Shown: positions 63,636 to 64,000 of the stretch, in pieces
How the letters are laid out: every line of letters starts with the position of its first letter
Position numbering within the stretch: position 1 is the first letter of the stretch
From: Blepharisma stoltei ATCC 30299
Taxonomy: Eukaryota; Protista; Ciliophora
Direction of reading: 5' to 3'
DNA: 64,000 nt
NCBI GenBank assembly: GCA_965603825.1
Contig: CBFDEM010000021.1
Location: forward strand, 806,001-870,000
The notes under the pieces: model-generated
Told to the model about the DNA's origin: nothing
Databases searched by the model: none
Seen by the model: only the letters and a program-made list of their open reading frames with translations
Translations under genes and position numbers: made by a program

Positions 63636-64000
63636 TTAAGCTTGGTCAAACTTTAAGACTATGGTTAAAGGTAGCTGACTAGCACTCAAGTTATTAGCTG
63701 TAATTGTGCAGCTTACTGCGCCTGCAACGCAAGAGTTTAGAGTCCAGTTTGAGGTATCAATAGTAGTTCCATCATCTAAAGTCGCTACAATGCTATTTTT
63801 AATCAGAGTTGAAACAAGTGGATGAGGGAAATCAAGTTCAATATTTGGAGAAGAGAAACTGATCTGATACCCAACAGAATCAATCCTGCAAGTAGGCCCA
63901 TCTTTAACAATTAAGCTAGCACATTCAAAACAGTCAGGACTTGTTGTGCAAGAATCGCAGGCGCCAGTACAAGCTAAATAAAAATTACCAACACATGATG
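63636..64000 (-). CDS. 3' end of an apparently intact Cys-rich secreted-protein gene (paralog of 58413-59817); 5' part outside the window; 15-nt intron at 63974-63988
   Basis: After splicing GTAATTTTTATTTAG it reads SCVACTGACDSCTTSPDCFECASLIVKDGPTCRIDSVGYQISFSSPNIELDFPHPLV...LKFDQA*, ending at TAA 63636-63638. Confidence 0.8.
   Translation of the reverse strand, partial: SCVGNFYLACTGACDSCTTSPDCFECASLIVKDGPTCRIDSVGYQISFSSPNIELDFPHPLVSTLIKNSIVATLDDGTTIDTSNWTLNSCVAGAVSCTITANNLSASQLPLTIVLKFDQA

Noticed and set aside
1-64000. tRNA, rRNA, telomeric repeats, CRISPR arrays, autonomous transposon ORFs
   Set aside because: None recognisable by eye; no regular repeat-spacer array, telomere tract, or transposase/RT motifs.

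Overview
AT-rich eukaryotic DNA from a heterotrich ciliate, most likely Blepharisma. Two features point to this: TGA reads as Trp while TAA/TAG are the stops, and the introns are 15-nt GT-AG. The supplied ORF track treats TGA as a stop and so fragments every gene; re-reading with UGA=Trp gives a clean gene map. The window holds: (1) the 5' ~6.7 kb of an apparently intronless polycystin-1-like surface protein (Cys-rich repeats, REJ, GPS, TM); (2) a cluster of 10 paralogous ~1,130-1,160 aa receptor-like genes (R1-R10) in four subfamilies, each with a signal peptide, two tandem Venus-flytrap/periplasmic-binding-like domains, about 9 TM helices and a short tail; seven are intact, two are pseudogenes and one is broken only by a precise 484-bp insert; (3) a kelch/Cys-rich three-TM gene with five 15-nt introns embedded in the cluster; (4) a decaying tandem array of a small Cys-rich secreted-protein family at the right end, with a relic copy inside the receptor cluster. 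The most interesting signals are the receptor architecture itself (the membrane domain looks TRP/Tmc-like rather than GPCR 7TM, and the predicted ligand-pocket loops differ by subfamily), the 484-bp direct-repeat-bounded IES/MITE candidate, and a second unrelated insertion at the homologous codon of another paralog. All domain assignments come from motif recognition by eye; no searches were run.
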